A stretch of DNA of 64,000 nucleotides from Azolla caroliniana (Eukaryota; Plantae; Polypodiophyta): assembly GCA_043228905.1 (NCBI GenBank), contig JBHGNT010000007.1, positions 20,646,001 through 20,710,000 of the forward strand. The letters run 5' to 3'. Shown here one piece after another: positions 63,389 through 64,000 of the stretch. Made by a program: the position numbers and the translations under genes. How positions within the stretch are numbered: position 1 is the stretch's first letter; each line of letters starts with the position of its first letter. The notes below the pieces were generated by a model. The model was not told the origin of the DNA. It saw only the letters and a list, made by a program, of their open reading frames with translations, and searched no databases.

Positions 63389-64000
63389 TTGTAGTCTAGC
63401 CTCAAGATCTGACCATAACTTAAAAGGTGGTCCTTAGCAAGTTGTTTATGCCCCTTATTTCGAGCTGTTAAGAGAACCATCTTCTTGTATTTCCCGCTCG
63501 TAATCAGTGATATCTCTATCAACTACGGTTTCCCCTCCTTCTACAACCACCAATTTCTTTTGACTAACTTCGTTAAATGGCTGCCTAACCATGTCATCAT
63601 CAAATAATAATGTTTTGCCATTCTGAGGTATTTGATAACAAGGACTTGGGTGGTCTTTGTGGGGGAGCTCTAATATTTAATTCAAAATTTTTTAATCGGT
63701 CTCTCTTCTTGAGGTTCAGTAGACCTATGATTAAAACAACGAAAATATTAACGTTACTCTAAGGAGAAAGTAATTGGGTGCTTAAAAGAGTGAAAAAAGA
63801 GGCTAGAAGGGGGGGGAAGACCATAAAGCCTATACTTTAACACCTCCAATGACCCTCAACCCTATCAAAAATCTATCATTTTTAGCTCTAAAGTTTCTAT
63901 TTAATATAGCTAATCGAACATAATTTCAAGGAATTTTAGGACTGAAATACAACTATGGATCACCTAAACACGAGCTTGGTCAAAATAGGTGTATCAATTT

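Larger units (their letters stand above)
52776..63724 (-). pseudogene. Second, diverged ParB-MTase gene copy, broken by an LTR element, a solo LTR and a LINE (pieces ~52776-54156, 57502-58777, ~63388-63724)
   Basis: Minus-strand translations YFVIGGSHSAQARRQ, LLAWDHNNDNDY, LIADILYG, NPYQKPQHLMM, WILDLFLGT and TTSACALKLF match copy 1. GQILRLDY at about 63390 matches GRILRFDY. The splice sites are at the same codon positions as in copy 1. Confidence 0.9.

Overview
Eukaryotic, intron-containing, transposon-saturated DNA, almost certainly from a plant (probably seed-free; this is inference from the element types). Most of the window is nested retroelements: six Ty1/copia elements or fragments, a Ty3/gypsy remnant with a related gag-only LTR element, three APE-RT LINEs, hAT-type MITEs and a degenerate tRNA-Cys-derived tandem array. 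The standout is a 9.1-kb cut-and-paste DNA transposon at 3599-12721 with 36-bp TIRs and a 4-bp TSD (TACT). It carries an intact 926-aa Sola-like DDD transposase and, divergently transcribed, a six-exon gene for a ParB/Srx-like domain fused to a bacterial/phage-type beta-class amino (N6A/N4C) DNA methyltransferase. The first intron of that gene holds an array of 51-bp perfect palindromes. A second, diverged and decayed copy of the gene, with the same intron positions, lies on the minus strand at about 52776-63724. All family assignments come from motif recognition by eye; no searches were run.
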